Shown piece after piece: positions 29,301-37,455 of a stretch of DNA of 37,455 bases (positions are counted from its first letter, which is position 1; the number at the start of each line of letters is the position of its first letter). The stretch covers positions 1 through 37,455 of the forward strand of contig JAPULH010000179.1 in NCBI GenBank assembly GCA_027295155.1, given 5' to 3'. Below the pieces are notes generated by a model. The model did not search any database and was not told the DNA's origin. It saw nothing but the letters and a program-made list of their open reading frames with translations. The position numbers were made by a program, and so were the translations under genes. The DNA comes from Gemmatimonadota bacterium (GTDB lineage: Bacteria > Gemmatimonadota > Gemmatimonadetes > Palauibacterales > Palauibacteraceae).

Positions 29301-29675
29301 ATGAAGCCAGTTTATTCGAAGCAAGCGCCGGCGGCGCTCGGTCCCTACTCCCAGGCCATCGAAGCTGACGGAGTGGTCTACTCCTCCGGGCAGCTCGGGC
29401 TGGATCCTGAGACGGGAGAGCTCGTCGCAGGCGTCGAGGCACAGGCGCACCAGGTCATGCACAATCTGGAGGCCGTGCTTTCGGCGGCCGGTCTCGATCT
29501 GGCGCACGTTGCCAAGACGACGATCTACCTGGCGGACATGGCGGACTTCGCCACCGTCAACGCGATCTATGCGGAGTACTTCGCCGAGCCGTACCCGGCT
29601 CGATCCACCGTACAGGCGGCGAGGCTCCCCAAGGACGCTCTGATCGAGGTGGACGTTGTGGCGTTGCGGCCGTGA
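29301..29675 (+). CDS. ridA: RidA (YjgF/YER057c/UK114) family enamine deaminase
   Basis: APAALGPYSQA, SSGQLGLDP, KTTIYLADMADF, YPARSTVQAARLPK..IEVD. Confidence 0.95.
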   Translation: MKPVYSKQAPAALGPYSQAIEADGVVYSSGQLGLDPETGELVAGVEAQAHQVMHNLEAVLSAAGLDLAHVAKTTIYLADMADFATVNAIYAEYFAEPYPARSTVQAARLPKDALIEVDVVALRP

Positions 29676-29691
29676 ACCTCGTGTGCGCTTC

Positions 29692-29789
29692 GGGGGCGGA
29701 TGGAGGACTGGTGTCCCCTGCGGTCTTCAAAACCGTCACGACGGCCGTGCAGGCCGTTGGCTGGGTTCGATTCCCAGACGCTCCCGCCA
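29692..29789 (+). tRNA. selC: tRNA-Sec (anticodon UCA)
   Basis: Anticodon arm GCGGT-CTTCAAA-ACCGT (TCA 29727-29729), long D-stem with 4-nt TGGT loop, long variable arm CGACGGCC/GGCCGTTG, T-arm CTGGG-TTCGATT-CCCAG, discriminator G + CCA. Confidence 0.96.
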
Positions 29790-29833
29790 ACCTCCCGGCG
29801 CTCGGCCGGCTCCTACGGCCGACGCTTGCTGGC

Positions 29834-30301
29834 ATGACCCTCATCCTCCTGGTCTGCGGCATCGCCCTCGCACAGGGAGAGGAGGGAGAGCCGGTCGAGC
29901 CGGAGCGCGCCGAGGACGTCGGCCAGGCTGAGCCGACGAAGGAGTTCGTCAGTCCGGCGGGCGCGATGCTTCGTTCGGTGATCATTCCCGGCTGGGGCCA
30001 GGTGGCGGCCCGGCAGCCGGCCCGAGGCGCCATCTACTTCACCGTGTGGTCCGCCGGCTTGTACATGATCGTCAAGACGAACTCAGAAGTCTCTTCGGCC
30101 GACCGAGGTGGAGATGAGGATCTCGCGGACTCCAAGAAGGGCACCCGGGAAGACTGGATCGTCTTGACGGGCCTTTGGGCGCTGTTCAGCGGTGTGGATG
30201 CTTGGGTGTCAGCGCAGTTCGCCGGGTTCGAAGGTGAGGTGCGTCCTCCTTCGGATGGCTCGCCCGGCGTCGAGTTCAGCTATCCCCTGAACATCTTCTG
30301 A
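29834..30301 (+). CDS. DUF5683-like membrane/secreted protein
   Basis: Signal-like N-terminus, SPAGAMLRSVIIPGWGQ, VDAWVSAQF; start uncertain. Confidence 0.7.
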   Translation: MTLILLVCGIALAQGEEGEPVEPERAEDVGQAEPTKEFVSPAGAMLRSVIIPGWGQVAARQPARGAIYFTVWSAGLYMIVKTNSEVSSADRGGDEDLADSKKGTREDWIVLTGLWALFSGVDAWVSAQFAGFEGEVRPPSDGSPGVEFSYPLNIF

Positions 30302-30304
30302 CGC

Positions 30305-31108
30305 ATGAGCGACGCGCCGATCGGCATCTTCGACTCGGGCGTCGGTGGTCTTACCGTCGAGCGCGCCATTCGGCGGCGCCTCCCTGCCGAGTCGACCGTC
30401 TACCTCGGGGACACGGCTCGTGTGCCCTACGGCCCGAAGTCACCGGAGACGGTGCGCCGCTACGCCAGAGAAGCGGCAGCGTTCCTGCTCTCCTGCGACG
30501 TCAAGCTCATCGTGATTGCTTGCAATACGGCCACGGCCAGGGCGGCGGACGACGTGGCCGCCAGGGTCGCGACGCCGGTCGTGGGGGTGATCGAGCCGGG
30601 GTCGAGGGAGGCAGTCCGTCGTTCTCGGACCGGCCGCATCGGCGTGATCGGAACGCGGGGCACGATCGAGAGCGGCTGCTACGAGCGGCTCATCAAAGAG
30701 CTTTGGCCGGAGGCGGTGGTGGTGGCGACGCCGTGCCCGCTGTTCGTGTCCCTGGTCGAGGAGGGCTGGCTCGACGGCGAGGTCGCGAGGCTTACGGCTC
30801 GGCGGTACCTCGAGCCACTTCTGGAGCGCGACATAGACACCCTCGTGCTCGGCTGCACGCACTATCCGCTTCTCGAGCCGATGCTCAGCGAGGTTGCGAG
30901 GGGCGTGGAGCTCATCGATTCGGCGGAAGCGACCGCGGCGGCCGTCGATGGCAGGCTGGGCGAGCTCGGGCTCCGGTCGACCACGGAGGCGCCCGCGGCG
31001 CGCTACTACGTGACCGAGGACACCGAGCGCTTTCGTGAAGTCGCGGAGCTGTTCCTCGGCAAGCGTGTGGGGAGCCTCGAGAGGGTCAGCCTCAGCTCCA
31101 GTGCCTGA
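30305..31108 (+). CDS. murI: Glutamate racemase
   Basis: FDSGVGGLTV, DTARVPYG, IACNTA, LGCTHYP. Confidence 0.97.
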   Translation: MSDAPIGIFDSGVGGLTVERAIRRRLPAESTVYLGDTARVPYGPKSPETVRRYAREAAAFLLSCDVKLIVIACNTATARAADDVAARVATPVVGVIEPGSREAVRRSRTGRIGVIGTRGTIESGCYERLIKELWPEAVVVATPCPLFVSLVEEGWLDGEVARLTARRYLEPLLERDIDTLVLGCTHYPLLEPMLSEVARGVELIDSAEATAAAVDGRLGELGLRSTTEAPAARYYVTEDTERFREVAELFLGKRVGSLERVSLSSSA

Positions 31109-31823
31109 GCTCGATCGCGTTGTCGCTCAGAACCCCGAAGCTCCGGTGGTGGATCCAGTCTCCGGCGTTCAGGTAGTAGCGGCCCGGTTGGACCTCGAGG
31201 AGCTCCGGCCGGTGCGCGTGACCGAAGATCACCAGGTCCAGCTCCGGCCGGCGGGCGAGGAGCGCGCGTGCGTGCGCCGACAGACGTTCGGCCCGCTCGC
31301 GATCGTGCTCGGGGCCCGCACGTCGCCGGGCGGGCGTGCCGCTGACGCGGCGGGCGAGCGGGAAGAAGAGATCGGGAGGCACGAGGCGGAAGAGGGCGCG
31401 GAACGCCGCGCTACGGGTCGCGCGCTTGAGAATCCGGTAGCCCAGATCGCGCCCGAGAAGGCCGTCGCCGTGTGCCACGTAGGCCCGACGGGTGGCGATG
31501 GCGATCTCCACCGGCCCGTCGAGCAGCTCGATGCCGATCTCGTCGGCCAGAAAGCTCCCCACCCATGCGTCGTGGTTGCCGACGACGAGCCGTACCCGCA
31601 CACCGGCGTCGACCAGTTCCGAGAGACGGCGCAGAACCCGGAAGCATCGCCTCGGGACGACGTTGTGGTACTCGAACCAGAAATCGAACAGGTCGCCGTT
31701 GATCAGCAGCTCGTGAGCCGTTCCCGCCAGGGACTCCAGGAACGAAACGAAAGCCCTCTCCGTGTCGGGCGGAACCTCGCCGAGGTGAACGTCGGAGATG
31801 ACGATGGAAGTCCGGTCGGCCAT
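31092..31823 (-). CDS. UDP-2,3-diacylglucosamine diphosphatase (LpxH-like metallophosphoesterase)
   Basis: ISDVHL, GDLFDFW, GNHD, AHGD, FGHAH, LNAGDW. Confidence 0.88.
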   Translation of the reverse strand: MADRTSIVISDVHLGEVPPDTERAFVSFLESLAGTAHELLINGDLFDFWFEYHNVVPRRCFRVLRRLSELVDAGVRVRLVVGNHDAWVGSFLADEIGIELLDGPVEIAIATRRAYVAHGDGLLGRDLGYRILKRATRSAAFRALFRLVPPDLFFPLARRVSGTPARRRAGPEHDRERAERLSAHARALLARRPELDLVIFGHAHRPELLEVQPGRYYLNAGDWIHHRSFGVLSDNAIELRHWS

Positions 31824-31887
31824 GCCCGAAGATAGGCTGCCCCCAGCTGGGCGCGAAACGAACGAAGACGGCGTCGGAGCAGCGCGC

Positions 31888-32301
31888 GTGGCAGGCCCGC
31901 TCGTCCACTCCGTCGAGGTGACGGTCCGATACGCCGAGACGGATCAGATGGGACGCGCGCACCATGGGGTCTATGTGGTCTGGTGCGAGTTGGGGCGTAC
32001 GTCGATGATGCGCGAGCATGGCGTGTCCTACGCCGATCTGGAGCAGCGCGGAGTGTATCTGCCGGTGACCCGCCTGGACGTCGAGTACCGGTCCCCGGCG
32101 CGTTACGAGGAGCCAGTGCGCATCGACACGCGGATCCCCGAGGTGAGAAGCCGGACAGTCAGATTCGACTACGAGCTGTTTGGTTCCGGAGAGCGACTGC
32201 TCGCACGGGCGAGCACCGAGCTTGCCTGCGTCGACGCGGAGGGCCGGATGCGGCGCCTCCCTGAGGACGTTCGCGCCGCTCTTATGGCAGCCTCGCGTTG
32301 A
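31888..32301 (+). CDS. Acyl-CoA thioesterase (4HBT/YbgC family)
   Basis: VRYAETDQMGRAHH..Y..WCELGR, EYRSPARY; GTG with GGAG SD. Confidence 0.9.
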   Translation: MAGPLVHSVEVTVRYAETDQMGRAHHGVYVVWCELGRTSMMREHGVSYADLEQRGVYLPVTRLDVEYRSPARYEEPVRIDTRIPEVRSRTVRFDYELFGSGERLLARASTELACVDAEGRMRRLPEDVRAALMAASR

Positions 32302-32975
32302 GCGTCTGCCGGCGCCTCTGGATCGGCGGAGTGCTTCTCTCGCTGCTGGGATGCGCGAAGCAGCTGGAGACGGGCCCGCCGATCGACAACCCGGAAGCCC
32401 TGGCGGCTCGACTGCGCGCCTCGACCGGGCCCACCGCCCCGTACCGCCTCCGCTTCGCGTGGCGCTATGCCGACGAGAAGGGACGGCTCGATGGGGAGGG
32501 TGTGGTTCGATACAACCCCAGCGACTCCCTGCGGCTGGACCTCTTCGCGCCGGGTGACGCGTCCATGTCGGTGGCGCTCACGCCGAGCGGCCTCTCCTCG
32601 CTCGGGCAGATCGAGAGCGTGCGGCTCCCCGGCCCGGTCTTCCTGTACGGGATGGCGGGGATCTTCCGTCCGGGGCAGGGCCCGCCCAGCAGCGGGTATC
32701 GGACGGCCGAATCCGAGGTGCTCGTCTTCGGGGAGGAGAACTCGGCGCTGTATGTGTACGTCGATGGCTCCCGCATCGTCCGCATCGAGGAGCGACGGGG
32801 TCGGCGGGTTCAGAGGCGGATCGAGGTGACCTGGGACGAGGTGGGGGAGTGGCCGCGGAGCGCCGCGTACCGTGATTTTGTAGAATCACGACGGGTTCGC
32901 TGGGACCTTACCGAAGCTACGGAGTTGGGAACGGGCAATGCCAAGGAGATCTACGACCTTCCGCATAGCATGTAG
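32298..32975 (+). CDS. Hypothetical lipoprotein (possible LolA/LolB-like beta sheet)
   Basis: Lipobox LLG-C; DSLRLDLF motif; beta-strand rich; coupled to neighbours. Confidence 0.65.
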   Translation: MSVCRRLWIGGVLLSLLGCAKQLETGPPIDNPEALAARLRASTGPTAPYRLRFAWRYADEKGRLDGEGVVRYNPSDSLRLDLFAPGDASMSVALTPSGLSSLGQIESVRLPGPVFLYGMAGIFRPGQGPPSSGYRTAESEVLVFGEENSALYVYVDGSRIVRIEERRGRRVQRRIEVTWDEVGEWPRSAAYRDFVESRRVRWDLTEATELGTGNAKEIYDLPHSM

Positions 32976-33453
32976 CCTGACCGTCGCAATCGCCACGGGG
33001 GGCTGCTACGGCTTCTCGGGTGGCGGGGGGCTTCCCCCGAACATGAATACGGCGTTCGTCCCGCCGGTCGAGAACCAGACCACTCGCTTCACGCTGACCG
33101 AGCGGCTCACCCAGTCGCTGCTCGATGCCGTTGGCGGCAAGCTGGGGCTGCAGCTGGCTCCGGAGAACGAGGCCGATCTGATCGTGACGGCCAGCATCAC
33201 CCGCTACACGGACGTGGCGCTGAACTTTGCCAGCCGAGACCAGGAGTCGGCCCTGGTATTCCAGCGAAGGGTCACGATCACGGCGAACGTCCAGATCTTC
33301 GATGTGGAGCGGAACGAGATCTTCTGGAGCTCGAGCTCCGTGACGGGGGTGGGCGAATACCAACCCGAGAGCGAGCCGGAAGAGGTCGGTGAGGAGATCG
33401 CGATCGAGAACCTGGTCCAGAAGATCGTGGATGGGGCTCAGTCGGATTGGTAG
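32938..33453 (+). CDS. lptE: LPS-assembly lipoprotein LptE family
   Basis: Lipobox-like TGG-CYGF, GLP....AFVPPVENQT, RRVTITANV..DV....W, C-terminal QSDW. Confidence 0.8.
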   Translation: MPRRSTTFRIACSLTVAIATGGCYGFSGGGGLPPNMNTAFVPPVENQTTRFTLTERLTQSLLDAVGGKLGLQLAPENEADLIVTASITRYTDVALNFASRDQESALVFQRRVTITANVQIFDVERNEIFWSSSSVTGVGEYQPESEPEEVGEEIAIENLVQKIVDGAQSDW

Positions 33454-33829
33454 ACCCATCGGTGCCCGCGAGCCCCGGCCCCTGGATGGGGCCGGAAGGC
33501 TGGGCTGCCTGATGGCGATCGCGGCGCTGGCGTTGGTCACGTACGTGGGGATCCCCACGCTGCGCCTCGAGATGCGGTATCGGACCGCCCGGGAAGCCAT
33601 TCAGGATGAAGTTGCGCAGATCACGGCCGGACGCGCCGCGGACGTGGAGGAGCAGATCGTTTCCACCGTGAGGGAGCTGAATCTGCCGCGGAGGGCCGAG
33701 CACGTGCAGGTGCGCTTCGCGTCGGGCCGTGTGCGTCGGTTCCGGATCAGCGTGCGTTACGCCGACACGGTGCATGTCTTCGGCTGGGTCTGGGTGTGGC
33801 AGCGAACCATCGAGGCGGAAACGCCATGA
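33431..33829 (+). CDS. Hypothetical single-TM protein
   Basis: GAGRLGCL + TM segment, then a small alpha/beta domain; stop overlaps the next ATG (ATGA); start uncertain (33431 or 33512). Confidence 0.6.
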   Translation: MGLSRIGRPIGAREPRPLDGAGRLGCLMAIAALALVTYVGIPTLRLEMRYRTAREAIQDEVAQITAGRAADVEEQIVSTVRELNLPRRAEHVQVRFASGRVRRFRISVRYADTVHVFGWVWVWQRTIEAETP

Positions 33830-35358
33830 GCCGAGCTCGCCGGGCCGCTGATCGGGGCCGAAGCACCACGGCTAAGGTCGGTCGGCTCGCCGCCCTCCTT
33901 GCTGGGGTGTGGATCGTCTTCGGCTCGGCCGCCTGGGAGCTTCCGGGTCGTCTGCTGGGTGAGCCGTCCACGGCGCCGGCCGCCACCGTCGGCTTGCCGG
34001 GCACCGCGCAGGCGGTCGGCGAACCGACCGAAGGCCTGGCGGACGGGCACGAGGGCCTGGCGGACGGGCACGAAGGCCCGGAGATCTCCCACGTCTTCCT
34101 CGTCCTCATCGCGATCCTCCTCGTAGGGAAGCTGTTCGGTGAGGCGGCCGAGCGCATGGGGCAGCCGGCCGTTCTGGGTGAGCTCCTGGCCGGGGTCATC
34201 CTCGGCGGCAGCATGCTCGGGATCATTCCCGGCCAGGACACACCTATCGGTGAGGTGATCCATGTACTCGCCGAGATCGGCGTTTCCATCCTCCTGTTCG
34301 AGATCGGGCTGGAGACCGATCTGAAGGAGATGTTCCGGGTCGGCAAGGAGGCGGCCGCCGTGGCGCTCGTGGGAGTTGTCCTGCCGTTCGGCCTCGGCTT
34401 CGGCTACTGGTATATGGCGAACCCGGCGATAGGCGCTCACCCGACTGGCATCGACTTCTGGATTGTCGCGATCTTCGTCGGGGCCACCCTGACGGCGACA
34501 TCTGTGGGAATCACCGCGCGGGTGCTGTCCGATTTGGGCAAGATGCACACGTCGGAGGCACGCATCATCATCGGAGCCGCCGTCATGGACGACGTGCTGG
34601 GGATCGTCATCCTGGCCGTCGTGGCGGGGCTGGCCAGCGGCGCGGCGGTGGGTGCCCTGGCGATCAGCCGGATCTTCGTGTTCGCGATCGGCTTCCTGGT
34701 ATTGGCGGTGGTGATAGGGAGCCGGGCGGCCCCCTATCTCTTCAACGTCGTCGACCGTATGCGCGTGCGCGGCGTCCTGCTCGTTACCGCCTTCAGCTTC
34801 GCGCTCCTGTTGGCCGCCCTGGCGGACCTCGCCGGGTCGGCGATGATAATCGGAGCGTTTGCGGCCGGGATCGTCCTGTCCTCGACCAACCAGTTCGACG
34901 CGGTGGTCGAACGGATCGAGCCGGTGGCAGACGTCTTCACGCCGATCTTCTTCGTGGTCGTTGGGGCCCCGGTAAACGTCCGGCTCTTCATCCCGGGGAG
35001 CGAGGATTTCAGCGGCATCGTGCTCACGGTCGGCCTTATCCTCACGGTCATCGCAGTGGTCGGGAAGGTGGTGGCGGGCTTCGCCGTTCGGAAGCCGGGA
35101 ATCAACCGCCTTGCGATCGGCGTCGGCATGGTGCCCCGTGGTGAGGTCGGCCTGATCTTCGCAGCCATAGGGCTTCGGGAGGGAATCCTCTCGAACGCCG
35201 TCTACAGCGCCCTTCTCATCATGGTCATTCTCTCGACCTTTATGGTGCCGCCGCTTCTGAAGCCGCTCCTACAGCGGGGGGACGTGATCGAGCCGGAGGA
35301 GGTTGCTCTCGACGATACTGGCGCAGGGCCGCCGGACCCCGCCGCGCGTTTGGGTTGA
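33826..35358 (+). CDS. Cation:proton antiporter (CPA2, NapA-like)
   Basis: GQPAVLGELLAG, LLFEIGLET, TATSVGIT, AVMDDVLG, PIFFV, GMVPRGEVGLIFA. Confidence 0.93.
   Translation: MSRARRAADRGRSTTAKVGRLAALLAGVWIVFGSAAWELPGRLLGEPSTAPAATVGLPGTAQAVGEPTEGLADGHEGLADGHEGPEISHVFLVLIAILLVGKLFGEAAERMGQPAVLGELLAGVILGGSMLGIIPGQDTPIGEVIHVLAEIGVSILLFEIGLETDLKEMFRVGKEAAAVALVGVVLPFGLGFGYWYMANPAIGAHPTGIDFWIVAIFVGATLTATSVGITARVLSDLGKMHTSEARIIIGAAVMDDVLGIVILAVVAGLASGAAVGALAISRIFVFAIGFLVLAVVIGSRAAPYLFNVVDRMRVRGVLLVTAFSFALLLAALADLAGSAMIIGAFAAGIVLSSTNQFDAVVERIEPVADVFTPIFFVVVGAPVNVRLFIPGSEDFSGIVLTVGLILTVIAVVGKVVAGFAVRKPGINRLAIGVGMVPRGEVGLIFAAIGLREGILSNAVYSALLIMVILSTFMVPPLLKPLLQRGDVIEPEEVALDDTGAGPPDPAARLG
34030..34078 (+). 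repeat. 21-bp tandem repeat (2.3 copies) encoding EGLADGH
   Basis: GAAGGCCTGGCGGACGGGCAC GAGGGCCTGGCGGACGGGCAC GAAGGCC. Confidence 0.9.
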
Positions 35359-36272
35359 TGCGAGAGACACTCGTCATCGGCTCCCGGAGATCACCGCTCG
35401 CGCGGGCGCAGGCCGAACGCGTGGCCCAGCTCGTTCGGTCGGCGTGGCCCGCGCTCGAGGTGGAGACCGCCTGGATGGACAGCGAGGGCGACCGGAGAAG
35501 AGACGAGCGGCTGCCGGAGATCGGCGGAAAGGGGGTGTTCACGGCGGCGCTCGAGGGGGCGCTGCTGGAGGCCGACATCGATGTGGCAGTGCACTCGCTC
35601 AAGGATCTTCCGACCTCGCTTCCGGATGGGCTCGACCTTCTTGCCGTCCCGGAGCGCGAGGATCCTCGGGATGTCCTGGTGACGCCGAGCTGCGTCTTGC
35701 TCGACCAGCTGAAGGTGGGGGCCCGGGTCGGCACCTCGTCCCTTCGCCGGAGGGCGCAGCTGCTGAGTGTGCGGCCGGATTGCCGGCCGCTCGATGTTCG
35801 CGGGAACGTGGAGACGCGGCTCGCCAAGCTCGAGGCCGGAGAGTACGATGCGTTGCTCTTGGCCGCAGCCGGACTGAAGCGGCTCGGCCGGCTCCAGCCG
35901 GGGATGTGCTTCCTGGATCCTCCGCGCTGGCTGCCGGCACCCGGTCAGGGGGCACTGGGCCTGGAGGGCCGAAGCGACGACGAGCGTGTCCGGGGTCTCC
36001 TGGACGCGATCGACGACGCGGAGGCGCGGTCGGCGACGGAGTGTGAGCGCGCCCTCCTGGCGGCTCTCGGCGGCGGCTGCCAGATCCCCTTCGGCGCGCT
36101 GGCCATACGGGACAGCGAGAGCCTGACGCTTCACGCCGCGGTGTTCTCGGAGGATGGCGACACGGCCGTTCGTGTCTCCACGAAGGGAGATCTTCGGGAT
36201 GCGATCGGCTTGGGGCGGCTGGTTGCCGAGGAGCTCCGCTGCCGTGGCGCCGATAGGTTGCTGAGTGGGTAG
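35358..36272 (+). CDS. hemC: Hydroxymethylbilane synthase (porphobilinogen deaminase)
   Basis: GSRRSPLARAQA, GGKGVFT, AVHSLKDLP, GTSSLRR, RGNVETR, PAPGQGAL, GGGCQIP. Confidence 0.97.
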   Translation: MRETLVIGSRRSPLARAQAERVAQLVRSAWPALEVETAWMDSEGDRRRDERLPEIGGKGVFTAALEGALLEADIDVAVHSLKDLPTSLPDGLDLLAVPEREDPRDVLVTPSCVLLDQLKVGARVGTSSLRRRAQLLSVRPDCRPLDVRGNVETRLAKLEAGEYDALLLAAAGLKRLGRLQPGMCFLDPPRWLPAPGQGALGLEGRSDDERVRGLLDAIDDAEARSATECERALLAALGGGCQIPFGALAIRDSESLTLHAAVFSEDGDTAVRVSTKGDLRDAIGLGRLVAEELRCRGADRLLSG

Positions 36273-36302
36273 GCTGCCTCAGCAGGTTGCTGAAGCAACC
36301 GG

Positions 36303-36503
36303 TCAGGGGCGCCGGCCGAGAAAGCGCTGAAGGTTGGCCAAGTAGTAGGCGAGGGCCGCGGCCATGAGCGCGAAAAAGGCCGCGAGCGCCAGGCTGACGC
36401 CGGTGCCTTCCCGAACAAACAGCGCTCCCTGCCAGGCCGCGAACAGGGCGCAGAAAGTGATCGCCGTGGCGATGAGCAGCTTGTGGAATCCGATGAGGGA
36501 CAT
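36303..36503 (-). CDS. Small two-TM hypothetical protein
   Basis: MSLIGFHKLLIATAI..., two hydrophobic segments, basic C-terminus. Confidence 0.6.
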   Translation of the reverse strand: MSLIGFHKLLIATAITFCALFAAWQGALFVREGTGVSLALAAFFALMAAALAYYLANLQRFLGRRP

Positions 36504-36552
36504 TGTGTTCAGTAAGTTACTTTGGACTCGGGAGCATGTACACGGGCCTCCC

Positions 36553-36933
36553 GTGTCGTCCAAACACTCGCCGGAGCGCCAGGCGAAGTTTCGGCAGGCG
36601 GCCTTCGTGTACCTCCATGTAGGCCTCCTCTACGAGGCTGCGGTGTGGAGTCTCGGCCGGGCCGGGATGCTCCCTGAGGCGCGCGGCCCGATGTGGGTGT
36701 GGCTTGTCGCAGGTGCCCTGATCCTGAGCCTCGTTTTCTGGGGATTGTGGAGCTGGCAGAACGTCTGGTTCGCGCGAGCGATATGGGCGCTGCACTCGCT
36801 CAGGCTCCCCCCGATTCTGAACGCCGCGTTCATCAAGGAGCCGGGCGTGCTCCCGGCCTCCTTCTACGTAACCGCGCTCGTCGTCATCCTCATCAACCTG
36901 TGGATGCTGGCCCGCGCGGCGTGGGATCTCTAG
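36553..36933 (+). CDS. Hypothetical membrane protein
   Basis: KFRQAAFVYLHVGLLYE...LARAAWDL; four hydrophobic segments; start uncertain. Confidence 0.65.
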   Translation: MSSKHSPERQAKFRQAAFVYLHVGLLYEAAVWSLGRAGMLPEARGPMWVWLVAGALILSLVFWGLWSWQNVWFARAIWALHSLRLPPILNAAFIKEPGVLPASFYVTALVVILINLWMLARAAWDL

Positions 36934-36966
36934 TGACGTGTCAGGCGGCGTTGTGAGGCCGGGCCG

Positions 36967-37455
36967 GTGAGACGCATCCGCACGTATGCCGATCTCCAGG
37001 GTCCGGATCGATCCGGGCTCGGCCGACAGGTGGAGGCCCAGAACGAGCGGGTGGCGTGCCGCCTGGAGGGGATCCGAACGGTCCTCGCCGTGACGAGCGG
37101 CAAGGGAGGGGTGGGGAAGAGCCTGGTGGCCGCGACGCTCGCTTCGGCGCTGGTTCGCAGAGGGCTCAGGGGGGGACTTCTGGACGCCGATCTGAACGGC
37201 CCTAGCGCCCCGGCTTTCCTGGGACTCTCGCGGCCCACGCTCGAAGTGACGGATGACGGCGTCGTGCCGCCGAGCGACGCGCTAGGGTTGCGCGTGATGT
37301 CCACGGACCTGCTCATGGACGAACGAGCGCCGCTGCGCTGGCGGGAACCCCGCACGGGCGGCCACCTGTGGAGGAGCCTGCTCGAGCGAGGCGTGTTCCG
37401 GGAGTTCCTCTCGGACGTCGTGTGGGGTCGGCTGGACGTGCTGGTGGTGGATCTG
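36967..37455 (+). CDS. Mrp/NBP35 (ApbC) family P-loop ATPase, 3'-truncated
   Basis: Not in ORF track because it lacks a stop: AVTSGKGGVGKS, LLDADLNGPS, VVWGRLDVLVVDL. Confidence 0.92.
   Translation, partial: MRRIRTYADLQGPDRSGLGRQVEAQNERVACRLEGIRTVLAVTSGKGGVGKSLVAATLASALVRRGLRGGLLDADLNGPSAPAFLGLSRPTLEVTDDGVVPPSDALGLRVMSTDLLMDERAPLRWREPRTGGHLWRSLLERGVFREFLSDVVWGRLDVLVVDL

Noticed and set aside
31821-31824. Divergent start codons sharing a CATG (LpxH-like gene and thioesterase)
   Set aside because: GTG at 31888 has a GGAG SD and matches the family N-terminus better

Overview
A high-GC bacterial core-chromosome segment. The gene order and content suggest an FCB-group organism such as Gemmatimonadota, but this is inference only. 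No mobile elements, CRISPR arrays or phage genes are visible. The window holds a long + strand run: ribD-ribE-ribBA-ribH-nusB-GT4-hpf-hprK, a mannose-family PTS (IIA/IIB/IIC/IID), HPr, EI, metK, ahcY and DUF151. A compact cobalamin riboswitch follows, heading btuF-btuC-btuD-btuB and a beta-propeller lipoprotein, then recO, selB and a stand-alone FlgD-Ig/T9SS-CTD-like protein. Further on are ptsN-like IIA plus a short C4 zinc-ribbon gene (-), tmRNA, greA, mlaE-mlaF-mlaD (-), ridA, tRNA-Sec (selC), murI, an LpxH-like phosphoesterase, lptE, a CPA2 antiporter, hemC and a truncated Mrp/NBP35 gene. The best novelty candidate is a ~190-nt structured, apparently bistable RNA between a sigma70-like promoter and ridA-selC, carrying degenerate c-di-GMP-I-like motifs. 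Next are the BtuG-like lipoprotein in the B12 operon and the ptsN/mini zinc-ribbon pair. All calls come from reading motifs by eye; no searches or folding programs were run.
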